A DNA stretch of 63,049 bases, filler included, from Phoronis australis (GCA_002633005.1; 9 parts of 9 records of this genome joined end to end with filler, not necessarily neighbours in it), one strand, 5' to 3'; shown: positions 13,432 through 26,457, counted from the first letter of the whole stretch. The notes: a model not told the origin generated them from the sequence alone. A program made the numbers and translations.

Positions 13432-14391
13432 ACGTCTTCGTTAAAATTCACTATTGAAAAATCACTTGCAACCAACATTAAACATGACTCGTTCAAGTAT
13501 TATTTAACTTGTGCACTCTGCCAAGTGTTGCTGAAAATGTTCTTTCAGTAGAACTTGCATTGGGTTCACAGTTACAACTCCATATATGGTGACTGTGTCA
13601 GAAATTAGTTCTTTTGCATGATATTCTAGAATTTGATTGCCAAAATATTCCCACACCAGGTCAGCTGCTATCCCCACATCAAAACTTCAAGGAAAGGGGA
13701 CTAGTCTTTATACTGCAAAATCTAAATTGAAATTAGTTTGACATATACAGACTGAAAATAAGTGCCTGTAAATTTTTACTGAGCACGTTATGGTTTACTG
13801 GATGAAGGTCTCATACTATGCACTTGATGACCCCAACATTAAAGCTATACCTTTGGAGTTCGAACTAAAAATTTTGGGTTTTTACTCGAAATTGCAACTT
13901 TTTACTCCAGTTTGTAGCGCGAATCTAGGGGTCATCAAAAGTGAGCATGTCAACTAAAAACTCATTTACATAAAGCATAACGAACTTATTATACAGAATA
14001 ATTGACACTTATTCCGTGTTCATATAAAAGTAGGTCGAAAAATGCCAAAATTTTTTAGTTCGATTTCAAAGATTACACTCTGAAAAAAATGATATACTGA
14101 GAGCATAAACATAATATTATACTGCTTAACTTCTTTCTCATAAATGTTCCTACTTCATGCTAATAAACTATCTTTATTACCCAGAATCATAATTTTCATG
14201 GAGATTGTGAGCATATTTTTTCACAGGAAACATGCAAATTCTGCTTTTTAACTTGAATTAATTACCTATAAAACTGTATGGTATGTTCCTTTAAAGCCCT
14301 TTTGCTAAAAGCTTGGGTATCAAAACTTTACCACAGAAGAGTTCTCGGGCTATAAGGATTTAAAGGAAAATCAGCTAATAAAATAACAACT

Positions 14392-14720
14392 TCAAGAGAA
14401 ACGCAGACCTTTGAAATGCGCCCACGAATGCAACGCAAATGGTGTGCTTCTAGAGTTGTTCATTTGTATCATACAAATGGCCACTAGACGGTGCAAAACG
14501 TCCAATCCATCTGAAAACAAAACATCCCATTGCTTCTTCAATAAAAAGCTATTCACTAAATTTCATAAAAATCTGACAAAGAACTTCAGAGAAACAAAAG
14601 ACAACAGAAAAAAATATTGTGAAAATACGTTGAGGACCTCCGAAGATACAGAGGTAAGTGTAAACAACTAAAATTGCCACTAGGGGGCACACCGGTCATC
14701 GGAGGGGTACAAAATTTGAC
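14392..14720 (-). mobile_element. Terminal fragment of the same Helentron-associated family
   Basis: Reverse complement of about 34080-34331; the ORF track shows near-identical spurious peptides (MKCAHECNANG vs MKYAHECIANG). Confidence 0.65.
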
Positions 14721-15981
14721 GTCATCCATTATTTTGGTGCACATATGATTTTAGATTCCTTAATGCAAGTGCTTTTAAACACTTCGCTGGCTTCTGGGGC
14801 TTATTGTTGCTTTCTCTCACATGATCTTGCAAGCTGGACACAATGAAACACCTGCCTGTCATTCATTCCAAAAACAAAGAGAACACGAATTTACATTTAT
14901 TTCTAGGTCATCTATTGGACACATCCGTAATCAACAGAGACAAATATGAAACGAACATCCCAAAAATGTATAAAAAGATGTAAAAAACTACAAAAATGCT
15001 GAGACCTCTATCGGATACAAACACAAAAGACTCTTGGAACCAAGACGGGATACCTAAAGACATATGGTGATATTTTGATTGACTTTGGTCAAGTATCACC
15101 ACAGTGTGACGACTCAGTGTGACTACTTCACATGTATGTCAGTCAAAGATAGTGCTGTATTTGATCTACGTCCTAACGTACCAAAATTACGTGAGAATTG
15201 TGTTTCATTTAAGTATTGCCATTCAAATGTTGGGAGTAGGGATTTGAATGAACGGCCAATTCTCGTAAATGCCCAGGGAGTCACTTTCACATCAAACATG
15301 CAAGAGTCAAATGAAACACAGTACAGGTATACGATTCCCATCTAAACACTGAACCTCTTGTAACTCAATGGTAAGCAAATATCCATTTTGGGAGCTAAAA
15401 TCCAAGAGATATGGGCTTTCATGAAGACACACAAAAGGAGGCCTCAATCCTGTAAATGAGGATGGCCTAAAAATTGTAAAGTTGAAAATCTTGGGGTGCA
15501 TGAGTATGTTATTTGACAAGAAAGCAGAAAACTTGCAAAGTTAGACCAAAGAAACAAAAGAATGGTGACCGAGAGGCGAGAGACATTAATAGTCAGTGGA
15601 CCGATAACAGGAGTTTTAATTAAAACAGTTATTTTAACCCAATTTATCACATGATTAATGAATTGACCAAAACACACTGCAAATTATATAACAATAAAAT
15701 AAATAGTAGCTTCTATACAACTATAGTCAAAAAGTTCCAAGGCAACTGTACTGTATATATTAGTAGACTTCGTTACAGCAAACTTCAGTTGACCAATTTT
15801 TTTAGAACAGTCCAGGGGTGGTATGCAGTAAATTAATGTGGTTAAACTGAAACCAGCAATCTGTTTATACTGCACCACGGCACAACACTGGAACAGTGAT
15901 CTCGTTTTATCTCAGCACTATTCTTATCGTAGGTGGACGTGATGTTGAACTTGTTACAACACTTTCTGATGTCTTGAGTTA

Positions 15982-16038
15982 TCACATGCTGACCCATATT
16001 GGAGCATCACTTATGTTGTCATTGTTATCCATATCCAC
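15982..16038 (-). CDS. ANAPC15: ANAPC15 terminal coding exon
   Basis: ttcctttcttcag|GTG; encodes VDMDNNDNISDAPIWVSM*, matching the APC15 C-terminus VDME..W. Confidence 0.8.
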   Translation of the reverse strand: MDMDNNDNISDAPIWVSM

Positions 16039-16825
16039 CTGAAGAAAGGAACACAGAACTATGCTAGTGAAACCTGGTGGTGTGTGGAAACGCCCTTCTA
16101 GCTGTAGTACCAATTATAAAAGGGAGTTAGAAAAAAGTGATTACGAATTTAGAATCAAAACATCCTCACAACTGCAAGGTCACATGAATTGTGGAGTGGG
16201 ATTCCTTCAAAATAATATTTAGGCAGAATTAGGCTGGATTTTTCTAACCAAGATGGAAGAAAAGCAGTTGCCAAGCAACCAGATATATTTCTTCCGGTTA
16301 TACAGAACAAATAGCCAAAATCCAAATCAGGCCACTCATCCCAGTTTAAAAATTTCCTAACCATGCTAGGACTTCATAGATGCAGGTCCAATAAATGACA
16401 TTCAGGATACCCGTGAGTCAAAAAACAATTAACACATTGTAGAGAGGGACATTCCATCTCAAATTTGATCATTCCAATTCAGTCACAGGTAATATCTTAG
16501 CTTCAAGTGAATGTTGATAGCTTTAGTGAGCACGCTTAACCAGTAAATTGAAAGAAGTGCAGCTGCAAGGCTATACAGATGTCCATGCACTAGCCACAAA
16601 TGATTTCTTACATTAGACAGGGCTGAGCTGACCTTTTTGTGTTTGGTACTTGATACAATCCCTGATGGTCCATAACAAGGGTGCAAAGAGTGGGACAAAA
16701 TGCAGGCCTGCTCTAAGAATGACTATAGTAAAGTCTGACCTATTTAAGCCACAATATGCCTGACAAGTGAAATTTTACTTTTTCATTCTTTCCATAAAAG
16801 ATACAAAGTACCAAATTACTTAGTA

Positions 16826-17957
16826 GGGGAGAGTGGGGTAAAACGGCCCACCGAGTAAAACGGCCACTTCCTCAGTTTTCTAGCTTAACAAGGCTGGCGT
16901 CAGGTGGCTACTACACCGTTTTATTGCTAGACCGATAGGGTCTTAACCACATATTGGCGCGAATCTAGCAGAACTGCAGACGACATAAGTTGTGGCAAGA
17001 AATATTTGATGTCCCTCAAAGTTAGGTGAGTACCTCCCTTTCGTAACATATTTAGAAAATGTAAAGTACGAAATAAACTTGATTGTGGATTAAGCTTAAC
17101 AGTAATGTCTTGTGAATGAGAAAATTTAAAATGACCTTAACTAGTTTTCTCGGTGCATGCTTGATTGTGGTGACATCCTTAACGGGTAAGACGGACAGCT
17201 GGGTTGTGGGATAAAACGGACACGATGACCGTTTTACCCCATACATACTTAATAGAGTGGCAGAAATAATTTTTAATGTTTTGTTTTGTAGATAATGCCA
17301 CGGAAATATATAAAAATGTCTTTAAGAAATGCGTGGGAAAGGGAGGACATGGAGAAGGCAATAGCCGCGATGAGAAGGAGAGAGGTGGGCTGTAAAACTG
17401 CTGCAAGGCACTTTGGAGTACCGAGAACTACTCTGAAGCGTAGATTTAAAGACCAGAATGGGCCCATTACCAATGTGCCGGGGTAGATAGCGAAGATGAA
17501 GATTACGTCTGTGACCTCTGCCTCTAGCGACTGCTCGTGGTGGAAAATTTATAGTTAGTTGCTACATCAAATGTAAACTGCCACTTTCGTCATGTTAAAA
17601 GCTAAGAACGCATATTGTATAATGTATGATTTAAAAATAAAGAAGAAAAAGACTTTTGTTATGAAATTTCGTAGTATAAATCGATGCTTTCATTTAATCT
17701 GTGTTTGTAGTAGCAGGGCCGTTTTACCCAACTGCAGTGACCATCTTAACCGCAAGGTAGGGTAAAACGCCCCAGCACCCCTTAAAAAGTCAAATCTGTC
17801 TTGGGCCAAGACGGCGCAATTTTAATTCTACTAATTATGTTTTTTATAAACTACAACGTAAGCTCTTCGAACATGATGAATTCATTGTACATACATTGTA
17901 TACTTTTTGGGTAATGGATCTTTAAAGTTAAGGGTGCTGTTTTACCCCACTCTCCCC
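16826..17957 (+). mobile_element. Internally deleted Tc1/mariner pogo-like element in an ANAPC15 intron
   Basis: TA TSD on both sides; 19-bp perfect TIR GGGGAGAGTGGGGTAAAAC; internal GGGTAAAACGG repeats; HTH_psq and PHD remnants. Confidence 0.9.
17295..17527 (+). pseudogene. Truncated transposase: HTH_psq N-terminus joined out of frame to a PHD-finger C-terminus
   Basis: MPRKY..WEREDMEKAIAAMRRREVGCKTAARHFGVPRTTLKRR (psq HTH); 17474-17527 in another frame reads CAGVDSEDEDYVCDLCL*; likely 5'UTR intron 17026-17291 (gtgagt..tttgtag). Confidence 0.8.
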
Positions 17958-18166
17958 TAATATGCTTACTCATGTTTAACTTCTGTATCCTAACTGCCAT
18001 CAAGTAATGTTTTAAAAAACTGGGCATTCAAAACTAAGTTAGAAACAATTGAAAAATGGCAATTTTAGTAATTATTTCTGTCAAAATTAAGAACACTTTA
18101 CTACTGTTATCTTTTGCTGTTCCTTTTGTGGACAATGTACAAATATGTAAATGAGCAGATACTGAC

Positions 18167-18283
18167 CTCTTCAGGGGAGTCACGCTCATCTATCATATCT
18201 GTATCAAGTTCATCATCTTCATTGGAACCACTTCCGCTGTCATCATCATCATCGTCATCATCTTCTTCCTCTTCATCATAATG
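18167..18283 (-). CDS. ANAPC15: ANAPC15 acidic exon
   Basis: ttcatgcag|CAT..GAG|gtcagt; HYDEEEEDDDDDDDDSGSGSNEDDELDTDMIDERDSPEE matches APC15 HYDDEEEEDD...SPDD. Confidence 0.85.
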
Positions 18284-19656
18284 CTGCATGAACCAAGTGA
18301 TGAGAAGTTTTACAGCACTTAAAACCACCAATTTTGAATCATAAACATCAAAAACCCTACCCCACCAGTCTATCAGCTGTCAAATTGGAACACTATCTGA
18401 CGATGTTGGTGGTAGAGAGCGCTGTTTCCCACCGGTTGACATGTGAATATTTTCCAACATTTTTCCACATATTTTTTCAATTAAAAGGGCAATGGATATT
18501 GAATCGAACCGTAAGAAGTGTGCCAGTAAGGAGAGCACGTTGTTCAAGGAAACTGCAAAGAAACTCAAACAACCCTCGATTTTAGGTCTCTGGGTGCGAC
18601 TGTCTGGTCTCCTGTCAGTGTTACACCAGTGCAAGAAAACATGGCAGTTGAATGTCTGGTTATTAAGCACGACATGAACTTACAGTCAGCGTGTACTGAA
18701 TTTAAAAGAACACGTCTACAGACTACATGTCAATCCACCAACCACAATCAGAGTGGACACTGGATGAACAACATATTTGCCGATCACTTTCGATTCAAAA
18801 TTTGAAAATGCCTGTACTTTACCGTACTATGCTAGCAATTAAACCAAAATAGCAGAATAACAAAATCTCAAATTTCCGCTATTTTGTTTCTTTGCCGATT
18901 TTAAGGCATTCACATCGCACTACTTTTTGGAAGCTCTCTCGTTGTTACATAGTGTACTTAGGTCACAGGGCTAGACATCTATGCCTACATTAGGTATAGA
19001 CATTAACTTTTAGATTCCCTTGTTTCCCTTTGGTATTGCTACCACGCACATTCAATGCTGATCAAGCCTCCTCTAATCCTCTGCACGATCTCCTGTCATT
19101 TACACAAACACCACTCGGGCGAAGTTGGCCGGGTACGGCCTGGTGCCACATGAAGTGCTTTGAATCAAAAGCAATTTCAAAATTATTATTAATTTAGTTA
19201 TCATTGTAGTTTTAAGTACGAGTAGCAGCAACAATTTTGTTGTAGTTACCCATCTAAATCCTTATATAAAAATAAAAATTATCTTTAACGGATATGCTGG
19301 GGCTGGTCCTTTCCTGTGGGGGGTTCGATCGAACCCTCCGAATCCCCCCTGGCTACAGACCTGGATGCTAAAGTAAAAAAATGAAATTGACACTAAGGGT
19401 AGAGAGGTAATTGAATTTGTCTGAAAATTCCATACTGATGTCCCATCAATAAAAAGAACATGCTCGCAAAATTTCACTAACATACATCAAGGGATTTTGG
19501 AGACATAGCAGCAGTCCTCAGATGGCCAGACAGACTGAGATGACGATGCAGTGCTCCATATAGTATAGTCCTGGTATGACATAAATATGCACTAAAATCA
19601 AAACAAAACTCCAGAGAGTCTCCAGTAGAGACTAAATCATTTCAGTGGTAGTATAC

Positions 19657-19722
19657 CTCATGATCACTAGCTTTCTTCCCAATAGGCAAAATATCTTCAT
19701 CTTTCTTTACGACTGAATTCAT
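19657..19722 (-). CDS. ANAPC15: ANAPC15 internal exon
   Basis: ttctttgcag|ATG..GAG|gtatac; MNSVVKKDEDILPIGKKASDHE matches APC15 [20 protein letters not shown]. The first coding exon was not found. Confidence 0.85.
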
Positions 19723-20930
19723 CTGCAAAGAAAAAATCACACTAATTTGCACAGAAAGCCACAATACTCTTTAGCCAGCAACGAAAAAATTTTCCTTATC
19801 TTTATCAGGGGGGGGGNCGGGAATTATTGTGTGGCTGCACCTCTTAATTCCTTTCTCAGACCAGCAAATGACAATCCTGTGCCACAAACTCCATACTCAT
19901 GCCCTTACTGACATTAATGAGGAGAAGTCATTTCTGCGAGTAGCCCAGCATGCAATTGAACCTACACCTTCACTATCACGGTCACACGCTCTGCTGGGTG
20001 AGTTGAATCCCACTCGATAAATGACGGTATGTTATGATTATTTAACTGGTAAAGTCACTGGACTCGAACTCTGGGAATGTCTAACAGCAAATGAAGTGAC
20101 AAAAACACAACAAATTTTATTTTTTTACTAAGTAGTCAAAGCTAAAAACTTCAAAAAGTCTATCATAACAATAATATCAGAAATGTGTTTAGGCCATAAA
20201 AACAATGTCGACTTAACTGCACACACTCCTTACTTGTTGACCATATTTAATACCAGGGAACCAGATTCCTCACCAATGTAACATTTAGTAGATTCAATTT
20301 TTTGCAAGAAAAGCAAGATGACAAAATTCACAAATCATGCTAGTGAAAGGCGAGTGTTTCCTGAGTTTTCTCAAGACCTCATTAGCCTAATGTAGCAACA
20401 TGACAGTCATTGAAATAATTGGTAAGTGAGGTAAAAATGCTGAATTATGGGATATAATTCATAAGTTATGAGATGGAATCCAGTGTTTCTGCTACATAAC
20501 CGAATATTATTTTGCTGCAAATGCAAGTTAATATTTTCAGTCTGCAAAACCCAGCCCAGGTCTCTCTCTAATGATCCTGACCAAGAAGGAAATTAGATGT
20601 TATACAAGTAGTTTTTAAAACTTTAATCTCACACCAAATTTGCAAAACATCAATGTGAATGTCAAGACTGTATGCTATGTAGAATTAAATTGTTTTTCAC
20701 CATTTCCTCCAATATATGAATTAGTTACTAACGTTCTGCCCATTCTGTTCTTGAAAATAGCATTTTATACAAAATAATTGTAGGCGGTCTGATACACCTT
20801 GCAAAGGACTAGCGCAGACCGTGCATGTGGGCCCATTGCACGGTTCACCTGGAACTATGCTTATGCTTTATTAATACATAGCTAAAACCCAGCTAAAGAT
20901 GAAGAAACCTGACTGGAGGGTTCAGTAGAG

Positions 20931-21008
20931 TGACCCAGTGGGACTCGAACCCACAACCTCGACTAAAGAAAGCGGGCACCTATCACATTAGAACACACTG
21001 CCTCCTCC
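20931..21008 (-). mobile_element. tRNA-derived SINE head
   Basis: Minus strand has a degenerate box A (GTGTGTTCTAATGTG) and box B GGTTCGAGTCCC. Confidence 0.55.
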
Positions 21009-22139
21009 TGTAAACAGCATTTATTAGAGCGAAGATTTGTAATCTATATCAGTTACTAGCAGTAGTACTGTTTTTTGTTATATTTTCTATACCCATGTAA
21101 AATAAAAGATATAATTAGGATTGTAACATTTACTTCTGCAGTTTACCATGCTAATGACACCTTACACTATACACAGACAAAGTTGTTGTAAACCAACCTT
21201 GGTGCAAAGCTGTATAAATAAATACTGTAACAGCTTTGCACCAATGTGAGTAAAAAAGGGCAAACAAATTCTGGCCACTTAAAACTACACTCTTTTTTCA
21301 GTAAACTAAATTAGTTAACAGAGCTAAAAATATTGTAGCTCTACCATTATTTTGTTGGTCTGTGAAGCAATATGTCTTGATTCTCAGTGCCATGAAATAG
21401 AGCTTCGCCCATTGGGCAATTTCTTTTTTCATCAATTCTTCAAATCAGATCATAAGGTATTGGAATTGGTTTCGCTACCTTATAATTTTTTAGTACTTTA
21501 CTACCATCACACCGAATTTCTCAACAAGTTTAGCTTCAGTGAGGCTGTCATCACTTCTGAAAGGATGTCACAAAAAATGGTAAAGCAATGTCATGTGTCA
21601 CAAGCGTATTACTTTCAAGTCGGTGACACATTTTTCCTTCTTACTGGGAATTTCCGTATCCGGAAAATTAAAAATTTCTTTAATTGTATGTTAATAAATG
21701 CATAGTTCACCAACACCTTGTTCGTTTTTATAAATGATAATTGTTCCACAAAACTGATTTGGGACAAAACCATGACGCTGAGTGGTCTTTTAAGAGAAAA
21801 ATTTACAAATAAACGTCCCACTGTCTGGACACTTGACATCACAAGTTGTAACACCAAATAAACGCCCATGGGCATGTATTTGGCATAATTTGTTGACCTT
21901 TTCACGGAATTGCCCAGATACAGCTGCAGATGCCGGACAGACTGAGATGACAGCAATATGCACCCACATGTGACATATAAATATGTGGGCGCATAAAATG
22001 ATCCCATTTATGGTCCAATGTTTTCACCAGGCTTCCCATAATGGACAGCAAGTGCTGGTTCAATATTGTGACAACTGTGGATGGAGAGTAGGCCTACTTT
22101 TTGGAAACGAGGAGGTTGAGATTTAAAATCTTGTTCAGA

Positions 22140-23640
22140 ATTACCGTAAAAATCGGCTGATAACTTTCTAGAGACAAGAAGAAGAGGAAAAGGTTTTGTT
22201 GGAGCTGTTGTTTACATTTCAAATAAAATTAATTACTTTTCCATGGTATCAAGTACGTATGCCATCCGGACCTCCTGGTAGCTAACCAGGGGGTTTGATG
22301 ACGTCAAAGCACACTTGGTCCAGGGAATGCCAAGTAAATCTGCAATCAAAAATACAGTGTGCTGAGCTTTAAAAATGGTTGATAACTTTCTAAAGATAAG
22401 GTAACGGCTTTGTCAAATGAACTAATTACTTTTCATTGGCATTCACATGGGCGACGCACCATAAGGTGCTGGGTGGGGAAGAAACCCTCCACTATTTCCG
22501 TCAGTGCTGCGCCGCCCATGGTCTATGGGGCCGAGGGGTGCAGCACAGGGGGTTGCGCCGCCCATAGATAAATATGTTGTCTCGACTTTCTGATAGCCAG
22601 CCCAAGTAAAACTTAGAAAGAAACTTGATGTATTCTGTGAAATTAGTATGAAGTAGGTAACGATCAGTAATTACAAACAAAGATGAAAATTTTGGTACTG
22701 GGAATTTCCAAAACATCGTTAGCCTGTTGCCAATGAATTAGGGGTGCATGGTTCCGGCAGCGTAACACTCGTGGTGTCAAGCCAATTGAACAATAGAAGG
22801 AAACGTAATGGTTTTTCAATTGTGAAACACATGAAAAATGATTGTAGTCATCAAGAATGTGAACAGAAGAAGTAATCTTTGAAGAAAAAATGAAATATTC
22901 CCATTCATCGAGTTTGATGACGTCACAGCGCACTCGGTCCGGGTCATTGGAAGACCGAACCAAGTAAACCTGCCCGCAAAACTACAGCGTATTGAGTAGT
23001 AAAAATTTTTTGATAACTTTCCAAAAACTTGTACCAGAGGTTGTTGTTTTGTTGGAGCTGCTGGCTACGTGCCAAATGAAATTAATTACTTTTCATTGCG
23101 CCAAGTATGTCCGGCATCTGAACTGCGTACTTGATAGCCAGTGCAACTGTAAAACTTAAAAAGAAACTTTAGATTTTGAGACGCTAATGGGGTGTCAGTG
23201 ACTGTATTCTATGGAACGAATAAAGGTGTTAATGATGACTTATTACAAATATAGACAAAAATTTTGCCACTGAGAATTATCAAAACATCGATAGTTAATG
23301 CATGCCTCACAGTACTCTAGGCCAGCCTCGGCGGCCAGGTGCCCGGCACTCGTGAACCAAATGAACGGTCAAGAAAACGTAATGGTTTATGAACAGTCAA
23401 AAGCAGGAAAAACGATTACAAAAATCGAGGTTGTGAACAGAAGAAGGGTCATTGAAGACAAAGTCAAAGAACCTAATGAAATATTTCTATTCTGCAAGTT
23501 CGATAACGTATAGCCTACGTCACCGAGCGCACTCGGGCCGGCCTGTGACGAGACCGGACCAAGTAAACCTGCAAGCAAAACTACAGCATATTCAGCCATG
23601 AAATCTGGTTGATAACTCTCTAGGGAAAAGCAGATGCAAA
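22140..23640. repeat. Degenerate tandem repeat, about 570-640-bp period, about 3 units
   Basis: ACGTCA..GCAC.CGG.CC..CCAAGTAAA.CTGC..AAAA.TACAG..GATAACT block recurs near 22277, 22916 and 23516. Confidence 0.7.
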
Positions 23641-25398
23641 GAGTGTAATTATATGTGAAAGCTAAGTGTTTGATTTGTCTACGTTGTGCATTTTTGGCTC
23701 CAGTTTTTGTCGACCACATATATTTTTGCACCATATGGGTTACTCAAATGATAAAAAGCCCATAAAAATGAAATTCGGTTTAGAAAAGCTGCATCCGTCA
23801 GACCTGTTCACTATAACACTATGGTAAACATTCAGATATCAATGGTACATTGTCACTTGGTGGGAGGTATCTACTTGGTCTGCGAGATTTGACCGTGTAA
23901 GCCGACCAAGTTAACTTGGTCGAAGCCCTACTTGGTCTGCAACATGCACATCACCCAGCAGTGAAACTTCTATGAACATGCAGAGCTAATGACCAACAAG
24001 GGGTGCATGCAAAATCTGGGAGTCAACCGACCCTCACTTTGCCTGTTACATTCATTTAACTGAAAAACAATGTACCAGTAATAAATGTGATTTTCTTGCG
24101 TAATTCTTCACTTATTCTAACAATGAAAAGTAAGTCGTCGTTTTGAAAACAGTATGCTCGTGATGCGCGCCATTTCCTAAATTATTTTTTATCTCTCACG
24201 GAAGATGATGACAGCTTCGCAGCAGCAAAATTTGTTCTGAAACTCAGTTTGCTTGTACCAAAATTCTAAAAACTAATAATGATGTGAAACCAGTTCCGAT
24301 AATTTGTTGTGACATGTACGCAACCTCATGAAAGAAGAACAGTTGATTGAAGAATCGTCGAAAAAAGAAACTGGCCAATACTAAGTCATAAGTGACGCAA
24401 TGTTTCAAGGTAAAAAATTGCTCTACAACTCTAACAGCAGAATAACAGTAGAACCCCAAACACCGGTAAATAATTTAATTTACTCCAGGAAGAGTGTAGT
24501 CTTTAATGGCACTAATTTTGTTTCTGATTTTATCTGGTCAGTTCTTTACCCACATTGGTGCAAAGCTGTTACTGTACTGTCTGTAGTCTGTAAAGGCAAT
24601 TACATCGCCTTGGATGCGGCAGGCATACAGGGACTATAGTACATTCCCCAAAAAAGTTACGAATTTCAAAATACAGAAAATAAATCATATGAAACATGCA
24701 TATATGCACAAGGAATTATAATTCACACATACCATTATTCTGGAGACAATTCAGTCAAGATAATTTGAACAAATAGATGAAATTCTGTCGCAGTTTGCTC
24801 GACTTTCTTTTACTGGGTGCCCTTTTGAGGAAATTACATGAAATCACGCCTGTTGACGAATAAAAAGTCCAAGGGACACAAATCATGCAAATTTAACCTG
24901 ATACCTTCTCATGCTATTTTTCAAGTATTTTGGGCCTCTAACCGGCCAACCGAGGGTCTATTGTGTTGCCTAGGCAACCTCGGTTGGCCATTTAGGGGCT
25001 ACAATACTTCCCATCGCTTTGCTGCACGCATTTTGTCCCATGTATTTTAAGCGTGTGGTAGGCCAAATCCGGCCACCAATTATGAGTTTTCACCTCGTCA
25101 AAAATACATTCTACACTCAAAACTATTACTTAGAGGCGAAGGCAACCTTTTTCCATGTCATTTTGAGCTAAAATAAGGTTGGTTGGTTATCCTAGACATA
25201 TTTTCCACTTAATTACAGCTTTTCGTAATTTTATTAATTACTCGTCCGCTACTCCGGAAGTGACGTTTTAGGAGGCAAGCATTTCGCGCCAATTTCTTTT
25301 CATATAGTCTGACTGTGAGAGCTGCCGAGTCAGTCATTGTTCTACCTCGGTTGTGTTAAGTTCCGTCGTCGTTTGCTTTCATTTACTAGTCAGTCAAC

Positions 25399-26406
25399 AT
25401 GCCACACTGTTGCTGCGTACCAGGATGTACTAATTATCGGCTCACGCGCGCTTTGGGAGTACCTTTGCATCGCTTTCCGATGGATGACACACTTCGCCGT
25501 ACTTGGCTCGTTCGTGTGAAGAACGTAGCGTTACCCGTCCACGCAACGTACAAAGCAGTGGAGAATTACCGTGTGTGTGGCAAGCACTTTCTGCCGTCCG
25601 ATTACGAAAGGGATTTGTACGCTGAACTGATGAAGGTCCCTGCGAAACAACGCCTGAAGAAGGATGCCATTCCGTCTGTGTTGATTCCCGGCAGTGCCCC
25701 GTCGCCACCCCCGAGAAGTGCGTTTTTGAAGCGAGAAGCCTCGCGAGCTGTGGCCAGTACAGTGACTGGAGCCAGTGGAGGCACTTCATCTACTGTCACC
25801 CGTGCCTCCGAACGTACCCCAGAGCGTGCAATTCCTGGAACCAGTAGTGATTCGCCCTGTGCTGTTTTCTCCAGCCCAGAGCCTCTAAGCAGCCCTGCAG
25901 CGATATTGAGTAGTGGGAGTGATTACAGGCCCAGTTCGACACCCAGTGAAGAGGACAGTTCGTCGTCCAGTGAACAGATCGGTGAGCCAAACTTTGATAA
26001 GTTTATTGTGGACTTGTCTAAAGTGTTGGAGCTATTTAGAAGGTGCCAGGTGTGTGGCGAGGGAGTCACACGACACGGTGTAAGCAGTTTGGGTGCTCAG
26101 GTCACCATCCAGTGGGAGTGTGTCGCGGGACACTCTGGCAAGTGGGACAGTTGTTCCTCTGTCCGTGGTATGCCGGAGGTCCACTTAACCATATCCAGTA
26201 GTGGCTTGGCCTCGTCAAACTCTGAACAACACAAGCATTCCATTGAGGTAGGCATAACAACGCACACAGTGCATTTGCACCAAGATGTGTCACCACGTCT
26301 GTCCTCAGTAGCCGCCTCGTTTCTCTCAGCAGCTGCCTGTGCCTGTGCGTACTCTGCCTCGTTATACTCGAGGTCAAACATGTACCCACCCACTGAATGT
26401 CCGTGA
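25399..26406 (+). CDS. Truncated Kolobok transposase ORF: THAP + C2CH zinc-ribbon, no DDE domain; the last ~70 aa are read from antisense KolX
   Basis: MPHCCCVPGC..LHRFP..W..RVCGKHF..LKKDAIPSV (THAP); KFIVDLSKVLELFRRCQVC..ECVAGHSGKW..GMP; 335 open codons. Confidence 0.8.
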   Translation: MPHCCCVPGCTNYRLTRALGVPLHRFPMDDTLRRTWLVRVKNVALPVHATYKAVENYRVCGKHFLPSDYERDLYAELMKVPAKQRLKKDAIPSVLIPGSAPSPPPRSAFLKREASRAVASTVTGASGGTSSTVTRASERTPERAIPGTSSDSPCAVFSSPEPLSSPAAILSSGSDYRPSSTPSEEDSSSSSEQIGEPNFDKFIVDLSKVLELFRRCQVCGEGVTRHGVSSLGAQVTIQWECVAGHSGKWDSCSSVRGMPEVHLTISSSGLASSNSEQHKHSIEVGITTHTVHLHQDVSPRLSSVAASFLSAAACACAYSASLYSRSNMYPPTECP

Positions 26407-26457
26407 AAAAATTCCTCGTCACCACTGCTGTCACTACGGGTCACCGACTCCAGCCAT
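26190..26457 (-). pseudogene. KolX-like accessory gene 5' stub (P2X7 C-terminal ballast / Zn-cysteine-like)
   Basis: GYMFDLEY..RRGDTSWCKCTVCVVMPTSMECLCCSE. The probable ATG at 26457 is 1 nt out of frame with the body, and the gene is cut at the deletion junction (about 26190-26200). Confidence 0.75.

Noticed and set aside
18167-18283. BCCIP or simple (GAT)n repeat interpretation
   Set aside because: Flanking exons (PIGK, VDM..W) fit ANAPC15 in phase.
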